A DNA stretch of 64,000 nt from NCBI GenBank assembly GCA_018883785.1, contig JAHLFO010000040.1, positions 1,121 to 65,120 on the forward strand. Reading direction: 5' to 3'. The stretch comes from Candidatus Bacteroides intestinipullorum (lineage in GTDB: Bacteria > Bacteroidota > Bacteroidia > Bacteroidales > Bacteroidaceae). This document shows, in pieces, positions 45,704-57,300 of this stretch. Position numbers and translations under genes: made by a program. The first letter of the stretch is position 1; every line of letters begins with the position of its first letter. The notes beneath the pieces are model-generated. The model was not told where the DNA came from. It did no database searches and saw nothing but the letters and a program-made list of their open reading frames with translations.

Positions 45704-47651
45704 ATACTTGTTCTCCCGCAGCCTCCGCCGCAGGCAATGCCCCCTGCTGTGCCAACATCTGCTGTTGCCGCTCCAGTTCCTGCCGCTGCGTCTGGATGAG
45801 CTGGAGCAACTGGTCGCCGAAGGGGAACGCACCCACCTGGAGCATCTGCTCGATAGTAATCTGCTTGGCGTTGAGCAGTTGCAGCAGCAGTTCGTTGTTC
45901 AACGCACGGTACACCGGCGTATCGTAGCTCTCCGTGATGGCCAAGTCGAAGTCAATGCCTCCCATCGTCTGCGGGTCATACCGCACCACCGCCGACCGTC
46001 CGGCCACCTTCACCGTCATCGGTTCGTCGTAGAATTGCTGGATATTCTTCAATTTCTTCTTGGCATCTGCCGTCAGGAAGCTGGAATACGTCTCCAGCAG
46101 GTCGATGATGGACGTGGAAGCATTGTTGGCCTGCTGCTGGTAGAGCACGCCGCTGGTGCCGCTGGAAGCTTGTTTACCCTGCAAGGCACCATGTACGCCG
46201 CTCACGTCGTCCATCAGTTGCATCTGTAAGGTAATCATGTCCTGCAATCCCTGCACCTTGCTGTTGTTCACCATCTGTTGCGGCGGCTTGGCACCTTCCT
46301 TCAGCTTTAGCTTGATGACACCGTTGAAACGTGTCCACTCCTCGGCAATATCCTCGATGTTCATGTCCTCCGGGATGCTGCTTTCATCCACCACCAACAC
46401 GCCCTTGGCCGAGGCTTTCACGATAAAATCATTAAGAATGATATAATGGTTGATATACCTTTGCTGATCGATGATGTCCGCCACGAACGGATGAATCTCC
46501 CCATCTATAAAAGGATAAGCCTTCACCGTATAGGGATGCTCGCCGTGGGCGTATGGCGACTCCCCTTCTTCCAGCACATCCCCGAAAGGCGACAGGAAGC
46601 GATAATACCAGTAGTTTTCGATGATATACTCATATTCTATCAGTGGCACCCGGTCTTCAGGCATATAGAGACGGATGTTCCCGTTCTCGTCCAACAGGTA
46701 ATTGCCCGCCGCGTCCTTCATTCGGTTTTCCTCCATACGGATGGCATTCTCCTGCCGGATGGCTTTCAGGTTGTCGTAAGAATCAATGTAAGCGTCGCCC
46801 TCCAGCCAGTCGTGGCACCACAAAGCCTTCCGTTGCTCCTGCGTCCATACCTCTATGACGCGACACAGCGTAAGGTCGTAAGGTTGCAGGAAAGACACAT
46901 AATCGTTGGCATTTCGATGGAAGGTGTCGATATAATTTGCAAGAATATCCCGGTTTCGTGCTTTCTTATAAATGTCCTCCAAGCGTTGCAAGTCGGCATC
47001 ACTTTTGGCAAATGCCGAGGCCAACTGTCCGAAAGTGATGTCGTGCAGCTCGCCGATGATACTCACGTCGTCCATGCGGATGTCGTTCATCTGTCCGTCC
47101 ATGAAGAAGAAGTTCGGGTTCACATTGTCCGTCCAGCAATCCTGCCTCCCACCCCGCATCGAATACACCTCTTTCTGCAAGGCCAGACCTCCGATGAGGA
47201 ACTCCTCGAACATGCGGGCATCCAATTCCTTTTTGTCATTCAGCTTGTTGTTATACTCCAGGATGGTGCTCATCGTCTCGCCAAGTTTCTGCTCCTCCCT
47301 GTCCCTTGCAATGCACACCGGTGTCTTCTGTTGGTTCCGGTACACGCCTATCACGATTCTTGCCAGCCGCCGGATAAGGTTGTTCTTCAGCGGGATATTG
47401 CCCTGCATCCGGATGTATTCCTCCTCGGTGATGGTACGCCCGCAATACTCCACCGGGTCGCCCCACTGGTCGCCGTACATATACCGTTTGTTCCGTTCAC
47501 GCTCCTTTCGGTAATGGTCCATGCAGTCCCAGGCACGGGCGGCACGGAACAGGATGTCCATGTAGCGTTTGTTGCTCCGCTGCTTCTTGTCGTATGCCAC
47601 GGTGTCCGTCTGCGGCAACGGCTGTTTGGGTATCAGTCTTCTTCTTGCCAT
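45702..47651 (-). CDS. Portal protein (P22-like)
   Basis: YMYGDQW, PLKNNLIR, IIDQQRYIN, SGVHGALQG...SG...QQ; ~650 aa. Confidence 0.85.
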   Translation of the reverse strand: MARRRLIPKQPLPQTDTVAYDKKQRSNKRYMDILFRAARAWDCMDHYRKERERNKRYMYGDQWGDPVEYCGRTITEEEYIRMQGNIPLKNNLIRRLARIVIGVYRNQQKTPVCIARDREEQKLGETMSTILEYNNKLNDKKELDARMFEEFLIGGLALQKEVYSMRGGRQDCWTDNVNPNFFFMDGQMNDIRMDDVSIIGELHDITFGQLASAFAKSDADLQRLEDIYKKARNRDILANYIDTFHRNANDYVSFLQPYDLTLCRVIEVWTQEQRKALWCHDWLEGDAYIDSYDNLKAIRQENAIRMEENRMKDAAGNYLLDENGNIRLYMPEDRVPLIEYEYIIENYWYYRFLSPFGDVLEEGESPYAHGEHPYTVKAYPFIDGEIHPFVADIIDQQRYINHYIILNDFIVKASAKGVLVVDESSIPEDMNIEDIAEEWTRFNGVIKLKLKEGAKPPQQMVNNSKVQGLQDMITLQMQLMDDVSGVHGALQGKQASSGTSGVLYQQQANNASTSIIDLLETYSSFLTADAKKKLKNIQQFYDEPMTVKVAGRSAVVRYDPQTMGGIDFDLAITESYDTPVYRALNNELLLQLLNAKQITIEQMLQVGAFPFGDQLLQLIQTQRQELERQQQMLAQQGALPAAEAAGEQV

Positions 47652-47669
47652 CTTTTCTGCTTTTTGCTG

Positions 47670-47716
47670 CAAAAGAAAGGGTTACGCGGATGAGGGCGGC
47701 TATATAAAGTGCTTGT
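47670..47716 (-). promoter_or_regulatory. Late-promoter motif copy 3
   Basis: CAAA-N27-TATAT-AAAG-TGC. Confidence 0.6.
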
Positions 47717-47797
47717 ACATAAATAACCCTCTTTTCCCTTGCAGTTGTAATACAAATAGCATATCTTTGTATGACAAATCAGAAAGACAACCGCTTT

Positions 47798-48046
47798 ATG
47801 GAAACAACAAAAGACCGCAAAATCACCTCGTTCCGCCTGAACACCTCCTTGGTGGAACGCCTCAAACAAGATGCCAAACGTCAGAACCGCAGCTTGAACA
47901 ACTATGTGGAGACCCTGTTGATGGATGCCACCTATCATCGCAAACCGAACGCTGAAACGATGGCTGCCATTGAGGAAGCACGCTCAGGCAAGGAACTCGA
48001 AACATTGGATGTGGATCATTTCAAGGAATTTGTAGCTTCTTTATGA
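47798..48046 (+). CDS. RHH antitoxin (DinJ/RelB-like)
   Basis: TSFRL...RLKQDAKRQNRSLNNYVE + PNAETMAAIEEA; promoter CTTG-N20-TATCTTTG at 47738-47769. Confidence 0.8.
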   Translation: METTKDRKITSFRLNTSLVERLKQDAKRQNRSLNNYVETLLMDATYHRKPNAETMAAIEEARSGKELETLDVDHFKEFVASL

Positions 48047-48050
48047 CAGT

Positions 48051-48320
48051 ATGAAAACCTTGAAGATGTCCAGCCGTTTCAAGAAAGATTTGAAACGCAT
48101 CCAGAACAGCCCGAAGCGTATTGAGAATGTGGAAACCGTCTTAAGACTTCTGCGTGATACCGGTACGGTACCTATGCAGTATAAACCTCACATGCTCACA
48201 GGAAACTATTCCGGCTGCATGGAGTGCCACATCGAAAACGACTACCTCCTCATCTGGATGGACGAGGCGGAACAGGTCATAAAGCTGCTCCGCCTCGGCA
48301 GTCATTCGGAATTGTTCTGA
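48051..48320 (+). CDS. yafQ: YafQ-family mRNA interferase toxin
   Basis: FKKDLKR...HMLTGNYSGCMECHIENDYLLIW...RLGSHSELF. Confidence 0.92.
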   Translation: MKTLKMSSRFKKDLKRIQNSPKRIENVETVLRLLRDTGTVPMQYKPHMLTGNYSGCMECHIENDYLLIWMDEAEQVIKLLRLGSHSELF

Positions 48321-48367
48321 ATGCCGTTCTTACTTTAAGCTATCTATCTGCTCCAGGAGTGAGCGTT

Positions 48368-51300
48368 TCATCTATTCAATTCTTCAATACCTTCTTTCTT
48401 GAGACCTATCACCATATCTTGCATCATCTCATCGTCAGGAGTTTCATTCAACCATTCTTCATACGATTTTACCCCATTCTCAATGGCTTTCAGTTTAACA
48501 TACTTCTGGCATCTTTCGCTGTTGAACAACTGGTTAAGTTCATCCTGATATTTGGCTACATCCAACATATTCCCTTCTTTTCCGGCTTCCCTAATGGCAT
48601 TTTCCAGACTTTTGCGGTCATACTCAAACTCATTGATAAAGTCTTTTACCTTGTAGAAGGACGAGTTTACCCGGCGTAATTGCATATCTTTATTGCCACT
48701 GATTACAAAACGACTGACAAGCGGAACTTGGCTCATGGCTACGGAAGTTTCTTCTCCTTTCAATGTATTCAACATCAAGTCGGCAATAGACAACATCGTA
48801 TTGCCCCAACCACCCGTATAACCACTTATCATGTTTTGCAGGACTGCCGGATTCCAATCCGCCTCGCCGGAAGTTTTTATATCGCTTCCTCCCGTCACAA
48901 GGTTGCTGACTCTTGACAACTCGATAAGAGTAGGACTGGTACTTCTATACACCATTTTATACTCCGGAATAAATCCCTGGCGGGCATTGAACGGCGTCTT
49001 ATAAATGGGATTCCCCATAAAGTTGATATTCATCATATTCTGGAGATAGGGCTGCGCAACCGATGGTACAAAATTCAATCCGAAATGCTTGTTTCCGTAT
49101 GACCAGTTGATGGAAATCGGGGATGCCACATCTACCAAAGACTTTGCAAAATCCGAATAAGTCAATTCACGTTTGCCCGCCAAAGAACCGCCAATAGCAT
49201 CTCCCATAGAAAGCCAAGGGGACATATCGGGTGCCATGGGTATTTTCAACCAATACCCGTGAGGAAGTCTAAGACATAGATTTTTAGTGCGTTCCCAATC
49301 CGTCAACGCATCGTAATAATCCTCATCGTCATCACCACTGCTCCATCCAACAAGGTCATAGAGAGCAGGCATCACCACATTGTTCAAGAAAGGAAGGACA
49401 ACAGCCCCAAGCACGAGGTTGTTTGCCACCAAAGTTATAGTTGTTTTTACGGGATGCTCTTTGAAATTAAGGTAAGTTCGCCGCTTTCCCTGCATGTTCG
49501 CGTTCCAAAAGATGATATGACTCCTTCCAAGCTGCGACAAACAAGCAACAAAGTCAATGGGTCTGAAGCCTGCGATAAGCCCCTTTCCTTCTGTACTACG
49601 GTTTACCTTGGCAGTTTTCATTCCCGCCCCTTTCCGGTTAAAGTTCACGGTGATTTCCTTGGCATCCCGTACGCTTCGACTGATAGGCCTACCCATCTCT
49701 CGGCTTGTCTTATAAGCAGCAAAACGATTAACCAACTCAGCCGACTGCCCGGCAAACTCTATGCCGTCAAACATAAGCTTCAAAGCACTTTGTGGGGTAA
49801 TGTAAGAGGGCGTCTTTCTGGATAGCTTTTTCATTTGTTTGGCTATTTCATGCGCATATTCATCTTGGTCATTGATGAACGTGTATCCGGTAGCTCCTCC
49901 GTTTTCCATAAACTCTTTGAACAACCTTTCCGTCTTATCATTCATGTCAAGCTGGTTGTGACGGTATTTATACAACCTTCTCATCATCTGTGGATAATCG
50001 CCAAACCCCAAACGCTGATTCTTGGTGAACTCTTTCCAATAGCGGAAATTCTCACGGATGAAAGCCTGATTGTTGGCATAAATGGTGTCTCTTGATAAAT
50101 TGGCGACAGCAAACGAAGCGTTCTGTGCCGTAAAAGCCCCCGCCATGAAACGCTGTATCTTTTTGCCGATGACACTGACCGGGTCATTGTTAACATCCGG
50201 ATTCAGCAAACCGTTCATGGCTTGTGCCAACCTCGGGTTTCCGGTTACCGTTATGACATATTTGTCCCCGGCGATAAACAAAGGTATATCATGTTGGTCG
50301 CGTTCTTTATACAAAGTGCGATAGGGTATCTTGGCTCTTTTTCCGACAGACTTTGCATCGCCTTTTTTCTGATATTCCTTCATGGCTTCCTCAAAATGGT
50401 TCATAACACGGGTGATTTCTTCCGAGGTAGCTTTCTCCGGGAACTGAGGTACAGCCTCTACCCATTCAGGAGTTTCTTCTCCATTGGATATTTCCGGAGA
50501 TACAAGCAGGTCTGACAACTCTTTATTATTCTTCAATTCATCATACTTCACCATCCACGCATGCCCCGGAATAGCCAAACCTCCGGTATCATGATTTACC
50601 ACCAATGAATATAAAGCCAGCTTGGCCATGTTTTTATTGCCCACAGACATGGAAGAATAGGCAATGTTTAGTATGCTGCCAAAAGGATTCCCGGCTTCAC
50701 TCGTACGTCCGCCAGCTGTCTTTACAGGATTCCCTCCTGCATAAAATTCATTCCCTATGTAGTTATACACATCACCGGCTATCTCGTCGGCAAAACCACG
50801 GAGCGGTACATAATTTTCAAACCTTTCTTTCTGACGCTCTACATACTCCTTGCTGACAAGCCCTGATTCATATTGCTTTTGCAACGCATAATCCGTAGCC
50901 AGCTCAATGGATTTCCAAAGCCCGTCAATATCTTCTTGGGAATGCGATTTCTCATATTCTTCCACATATTTCAGGGCTGCTGTATTCCAGCCATCCTTAT
51001 ATTTTTCCTTGTCCTTGAATAGAGAAGACAAACCGCTGTAATCTTTAGACAAGTCTGCACCTAATTTTCCGGCTTCTTCATCCAGCATCTGTTGTCTCTT
51101 AATCCAAGAAAGATTCTGTTGGCTATTGATACGTTTCTTGGATTCAGACCAATCAGCCAAGATAGATTCCCCACTCTTATCATCCTTGGCAAGTTTCTCC
51201 ACCGCCATCTGCCTGTTACGCTCGACGCCATGTTTCGCTTCCACATACACTGCCAAGTCACGCAGAGAACCTTTATCCCAGCTCCAGCGTTTCAGCACTG

Positions 51301-54300
51301 GCTTTTCACCCACAAGTTTGAGTATGGCCTTGTTCATAGGAGTAAGAATGAATGAATCGAACATCTCCATCTCATTCTTTGTCTTCGATGACAAAGCAAT
51401 CATCTGGTCATATACATTCTCGAAGGACTTTATTTCTTTGCCAGAATGTTTCTCAACCAGTTTCTGAAATTCTTCAACTGCTGCAAGGTGATCAAAACTT
51501 GTCTCACTGAATTGGAACCCGAAACTATTCATCAGTTTATCCCATGCCTGTACTGTCGGAGTTGATATAGGGGAAGGACTTTCATCGTTCATGTCATCAG
51601 TGGCGTTCTGCACTTGATTTTCTTCCGTACTTTCGCGGAAAAGAAGATTTTCCTCGTCGTTTGTTTGCAGAATTGAAAACAACTTCGTATCTTTGATGTC
51701 AGAAATAAGGGAAGTTTTTTGATTAAACCCGGGAGTTGTTATTCCGGAAAGTGAATCAAGAAGCTTTCCTTTTTCTATTCGGGTCAGTTTATGGTCGTAA
51801 TAACGATTTCCGTTAGGTTGTTCGGCTATAACAGCACGAACGGTATAATCAGTATTCCCGATTTTCAATCCACACACGTAGTAATGGTACATAGACACAT
51901 CTCTGTTCTTTTCAGGTTCGGTGTTCTCTTGGCTGTCTATATAAATAGAATTTTCAATAATTTGAGGTATAGCAGCAATGCTTTGCAGTTGTTCCACATT
52001 CTTGTAGTCGTGATTCAACACCTCTTTCACTCCAGTTTTCCCTAATTGAACGGTTATCCCGGTGTCTTTATTCTGATAACTTGCACGTAGCTTCTTTCCA
52101 TACTCCAGTGCATTCTTCTTATACTGTTTTAAATCATCGCTCGGTTCAATTTCATTACCCGTAATCTCCACCGGCTTGCTTTCTCCCAGCTTGCGGATTC
52201 GTTCAGCCTTGGTAGATTCACGTGCATCAGCCACTTGGCCCATATTTTCATTTACAGATGCATAGTTACCCACTTTCAACTCATTCTGTTTCACTATATC
52301 AGCTGCTTCTCCCAAGATACTACGGTAACGACCTGGTTCTGCCAGGTTCTCGTAGCTCCGCCAGAGGATATAACGCAGCTCGTTGTCCGACAACGTTACT
52401 CCAGTAAAGCCATCAAAGCCTATCTTATGCAGCATCCGCAGGAACAGTTCCTTGATTTTCCGCCACCAGCTTGCGTTGAGATCCTCGAAGTTCGTATTCT
52501 CTGCCAGTGAAGCAAGATATTCTTCCGTGGCAAGCCGAGTATCCCATCCATTCTTCTTGGCAAGCTCCACAATCTTCCTACGTACATCTACGTCGGCATT
52601 ATTAAACACATTATCCAAAAAGGTGTCGAAGTGCTCGCCGAACAACCGACGCAGTCCGTAGTGTGCCACGGCTTCATGAAGTAACGTCTGTTCGGCATCA
52701 AAAGTATTCACATTGTTTGGAACGACAATAACTATTTTCCCCGTGCGAGGATTGTAGAAGCCTTTGGGGTGATGCGTTCTTCCTTGCCTGTCTGTAATGG
52801 TCATAGGCTCGGTCACTATCTCCACATTATCCAGATGCAGCTTCTCGGCCAACTCCTGCACCCGTTTAGCCATGTTGCGGCGTTCACGTTCGGCAAACTC
52901 TTTGCGTTGGCGGGCTGTACGGGTAGATTTCCCCAGCAGTTTGGCAACGGGGTCGTTGGCTGTGCTTAAAGCATCGTCGGACAAGTTTACATTACCGTTG
53001 CGAGATATTTCACTGTCAATGATTGGATTCTCGAAATTTTCCACTATCTTTGTGGCATCGGAAAGCTCTTGGTTATCTGAGGTTACCGCTTTGAGGGCGG
53101 AGTGATGCAGGTAATCGAGAGCTTTCTCTTTGTCTATGTAGGTAGCAAATCCCTTGTTAATCCAGTCAACTATATTGCTTTCTCCTTTGCCAAATACAGA
53201 CGTGACTACATTAAAATCTACATCGTGACCTTTTCCTAAAGTGAGTGTAACGAGGAAATTACCTTGCTCTGTTTCCAGTTCTGTCAGTATTGATTTATTT
53301 CCCGCCTTGCCGTAATTATTGAACACGGCTATCGGTTCGGCCACAGCTTCCGGCAGGTTACGAAGTTCATCCAACTTGAATCCATGCTTCTTCATTTTCT
53401 TGATAACCTTGTTACCGTACAGCTTCATCGGTTTATCTTCCACTCCGGCAGCAAGAAGTACAGACGAAGGATTGCCCAAGTCAAGTGTCACCTTGTCCGC
53501 GTTATCCTCTGTCAGACCGGATAATTTTTCATTAAACCGTTCGTTCACTTCCTGTATCTCCCGGAAACGCAGCTCATCGCCATTCTGAGACTGACGTTTA
53601 TCAAGTTCCTGCTGTGCCTCATAATCCAGTCCGTTGTTAGAAAAGACCTTCGTGAAATGCTTCAAAGTAGATTCAGATGTATTTGGATTATGAATAATAG
53701 CGCGAAGCACATTGAATGACGTATCTGCCGACATGATATCCAATACATGCGGGTCGGTCATGCTCCCGGCAATCTCTGTGCGTGCCCTCTCCGACTGCAT
53801 GGCTTTGGTCGGTAATCCAGCTTTCTTCAGCACATCCTTGCAGGTTTCTGCAATGAAATGTTGTGTCTTATTGCTCGGACTTCCTTTTTCCATAGCCCTT
53901 TCCAAATCTTTACTTCGCAGATATGTAGAATACACGCTCCTCATGTCAGTTGCACTATTCACAAATTCGCGCATCTCTTGTTCCACGGAAGCTATTAAGG
54001 CCGTGTTCCCGCTCTCGTATGCTTTCATCAACCTTCCTGGCAAAGCATTAGGTTGATGTGTTTTTATTGTATCATTCTGTTCCCCATCCACCTTCACACT
54101 TTTGTACTCCGCAAACGGTTTAGTCTTGCGGTGGCTGCTTTCCACCCACTTCTTGAACTCCTCCTTGCTGACTTCGGTGATAGTGCCCAGCCCTTGCCAC
54201 CCCGGCGAATAGTTAGCCAGGTAAGCACGCTTGGCAGCCAGCGCGGACTTGAAGCCGTACATCACCTTGTGCTCATCAAATGCACCGTCGGCATTCACCT

Positions 54301-57300
54301 GGTCAATGACATACACCTCTCCCGTGGTCGGATCATCGGACAGGAACACGTCGATATGGTCACCGTCCACGCCTTCCGTTCCACGGATATAGCCGTAGTC
54401 GTTGTTCATCGTCACGCTCCAAGACTGGCCATTGGCATCCACGCCACTGCGAGTGCTGCCTTTCGGGTTCTCGATGGTGATGTCATAGCCGTCCAGCGTG
54501 ATATGGCCTTTTCTGTAGTTGCCAGCTTCTTTCTGGGCATCAGTAGGATTGGCTTCCACTTCCTTGCGGGCATCGTCTATCTCCTTAGTCTTGACCACAC
54601 GCTCGGCATAGTCCAGAAGATTTTCACCTTCTTGGCGTTCGGGAGCAACAAAAGCATTACGCGTTGGGGGAATAACGAGCATCTTCCCCGGTTTCCTGCT
54701 ATCGTATGGTAGCACATCTATGAAATGAAGATTTCCATCTGCATCCACCAATACATTGTTGGGCTTTGTGTCGGCAATGTCAAACGTGCCGTCCGTCCAG
54801 TTTCCGGACATATCCGTATAGAAGTCCATACCTTCAAGGAAATTGTCTATCTCCTCTTGCGTAGCTTCACGGGCATTGCCGATGTAGGGTTGTGACAAGA
54901 CAACAGAAATCCTCCCTTCACTATTTCGGGTAAATCCTAAAATAGTAATGGCATCGTTGGGGAACAGCTCGTTATGAGCGTCCACCCGGTTCATAAAACT
55001 ATCAAAGTTTGTGGAATTGTCCGGTAGATAGGAGAAGTCGTTTACCTTAATGACTGACTTGCCGTCATAGGACAAATAGACATCGTTCTCGCCGCCACGC
55101 AGCAGATGCTTCCCGGCTATTGATTGGATGTCTTCAATCCAAGTCTGGCTTTCCTTACTTCGTCGAACGACATCCCCAAGAAGGGATTCTTTCGTCCAGC
55201 TGCCTCGTCCATCCGACGCTGCTGTTCTATCGCCTGCTCTACGGAGAATGGTTGCTGCCTCATTTTCTCCATCGAGGCTGCTACTTTCTCCTGATATGCC
55301 TGCCACTTCTCCTTGTTCATTTTCTGTATCATTTTGATTACTCTGCGAAGATACGACATTTATTTCGTTATTCTCATCATTTATCTGATTTTCTATTCCT
55401 TCACCTCCGGATGTGCCTTCAGATACAGTTCCTTCCTCAGCACGCACTCCATCATCAGCCGGGCCGGGTTGGCTTGCAGCTCCTTCAGTTCGTCCTTGTA
55501 CTTGCCCCGGAAGAACAGGTTGTGCTTCAGGCAGAACTGATACGCCTGCTTTCCTGCTTCCAGCCGCTCCTGCTGGCTCATCGCGTTCAGACGGTCCACT
55601 ATCCGGGCTGCTTCCATTTTCGCTTGTTCCTTGTTGTCCATTGTCTTGTTGGTTTAAGTAGGTTTGAATTTCTTCTTCGGCTTCCGCAAAGATACGGTCT
55701 AATTCCTCAACCGCCACAACTTCATACGGATTATTTTCGCTCACATACTCCTGGTAGACTTCGTATTCCTCCGGCGTCGTCATGTGCATTTCGCGGTCGC
55801 ACCAATCGGCATAGGCATCATACTCAGCCTGGCGTTCGCGTTCGGCCATCGCTTCGCGGTTCCGTCGGATATAGTTCGTCAGGTCGCCACGGGTACGCAC
55901 TTCGGAAAGCACGTCAAGGATGGCATTGCGCCCGGCGTTCGGGTCGGACTGGTCGAAGAAGTTCGTGCCGGCTTCCTGGTCGGCCAGCATCAGTTGTTCC
56001 CCGGCACGTTCTATCGTCATGCCGCCATTGGCCTCGCTGGCAAAGAGGCCGAACAACGCACGGGCTTCATTCCCCTTATACCCTGTCTCGCGTTTGAAGT
56101 CGGCCTGCAAAAGGGGCAGTTTGCCCGTAGCCAGCATCTGTGCCGCCAGTTCGTGGCCGTCCATGGGTTCGCCCATCGAAAGGATGTCCTCCGCTGTGGC
56201 ATCTCCCACTTGCGTACGCTGCGATTGGATGGCGTCGGCCACTTGGTTCCAGTAGTCCACCTGTGCTTGGGCATCATCCACTCGTGCCTGCCATTCCTGC
56301 TTAGCCTTCTTGTATTGAGCAATATTTGTACCCATCTTGGGGGCTTTTCCCTCTATGTTCCTCAGCAACTTGGCCGATGCAGCCTTGTTGGCCTGGACAA
56401 ACGCATCCACTTCGTCCGGCTCCAGTCCTTCGCTGTTGATGGAGGAGACAGTACGATCCACAGGGGCGCGGTGATAAAGCAGGTTTCCTTTCTCGTCGGT
56501 AGGGATTACGGTTTCACTCGCTCCCGGCGAGGTTTCGCCTTGCAGGCTCGAAGGCGCGGTCTCCGAGCCGGATTGGCCGTTACTTTGAGCCTGATTGGTA
56601 GATGATACAGGTTGTTGTTCCTGCCGTGATGCCGCCTCCTCTGCATCAATCTGCGCCTGCATGGCGTTGTAGTATTGTTCATCTGTGATTTCAACGACTT
56701 CCTCCTTGGGCTTGCCCTTTTCATCCACGGTGGTGCGAGTGGCCAGCCAGCCGCCATTGGGATTATCAGGATTCTGCTGGGCTATCTTGTACTGTGCCGC
56801 TCCATCGGTGAAGGTGGTTCCGATGGACGGAGGGACGATATCCGGGCTATACGTGCTCTCACGCTGTGCCTGTGCCGCAGCATCCTCGCGTATGGCCTGT
56901 GCCGTCTCGTCGATGACTTCTTGTGTAGGCATGGACTTTACCGTAGTTGCGTCCCATTCACCTGGTCTTAGCAACCTCGTATTCTCTGGCGTGAACTCAA
57001 CTCCTTCAGGTATCCAATAGGGGAATCTTTCTTTCTCCGGGTCTTGCCATCCGACGATATAGCCGGTTTCTTTCACCCATTCGCCCACATCGTTCATATA
57101 GATGCGTTCAGCCTCCGTGTACGTATTGGTACTTGGGTCAGAATGTCCGGCAATGTCCTCCGTCTCCGTATCTATCCGGTCTTGCGTTTCCGCTTCTTGA
57201 ATCTCATCCATGGCATTCTGCTTGGCGATAGCAAACGCATAATCTATTTCATCGCGTTTCTGTTCTTGTGTTAGTTCCGGGTCGGCCATCGTAATCTTAA

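Noticed and set aside
39479-47693. Long antisense ORFs (39479..41284 +, 43664..45178 -, 46446..47693 +)
   Set aside because: Shadow frames of GC-rich, codon-biased capsid, terminase and portal genes; unnatural composition and no motifs
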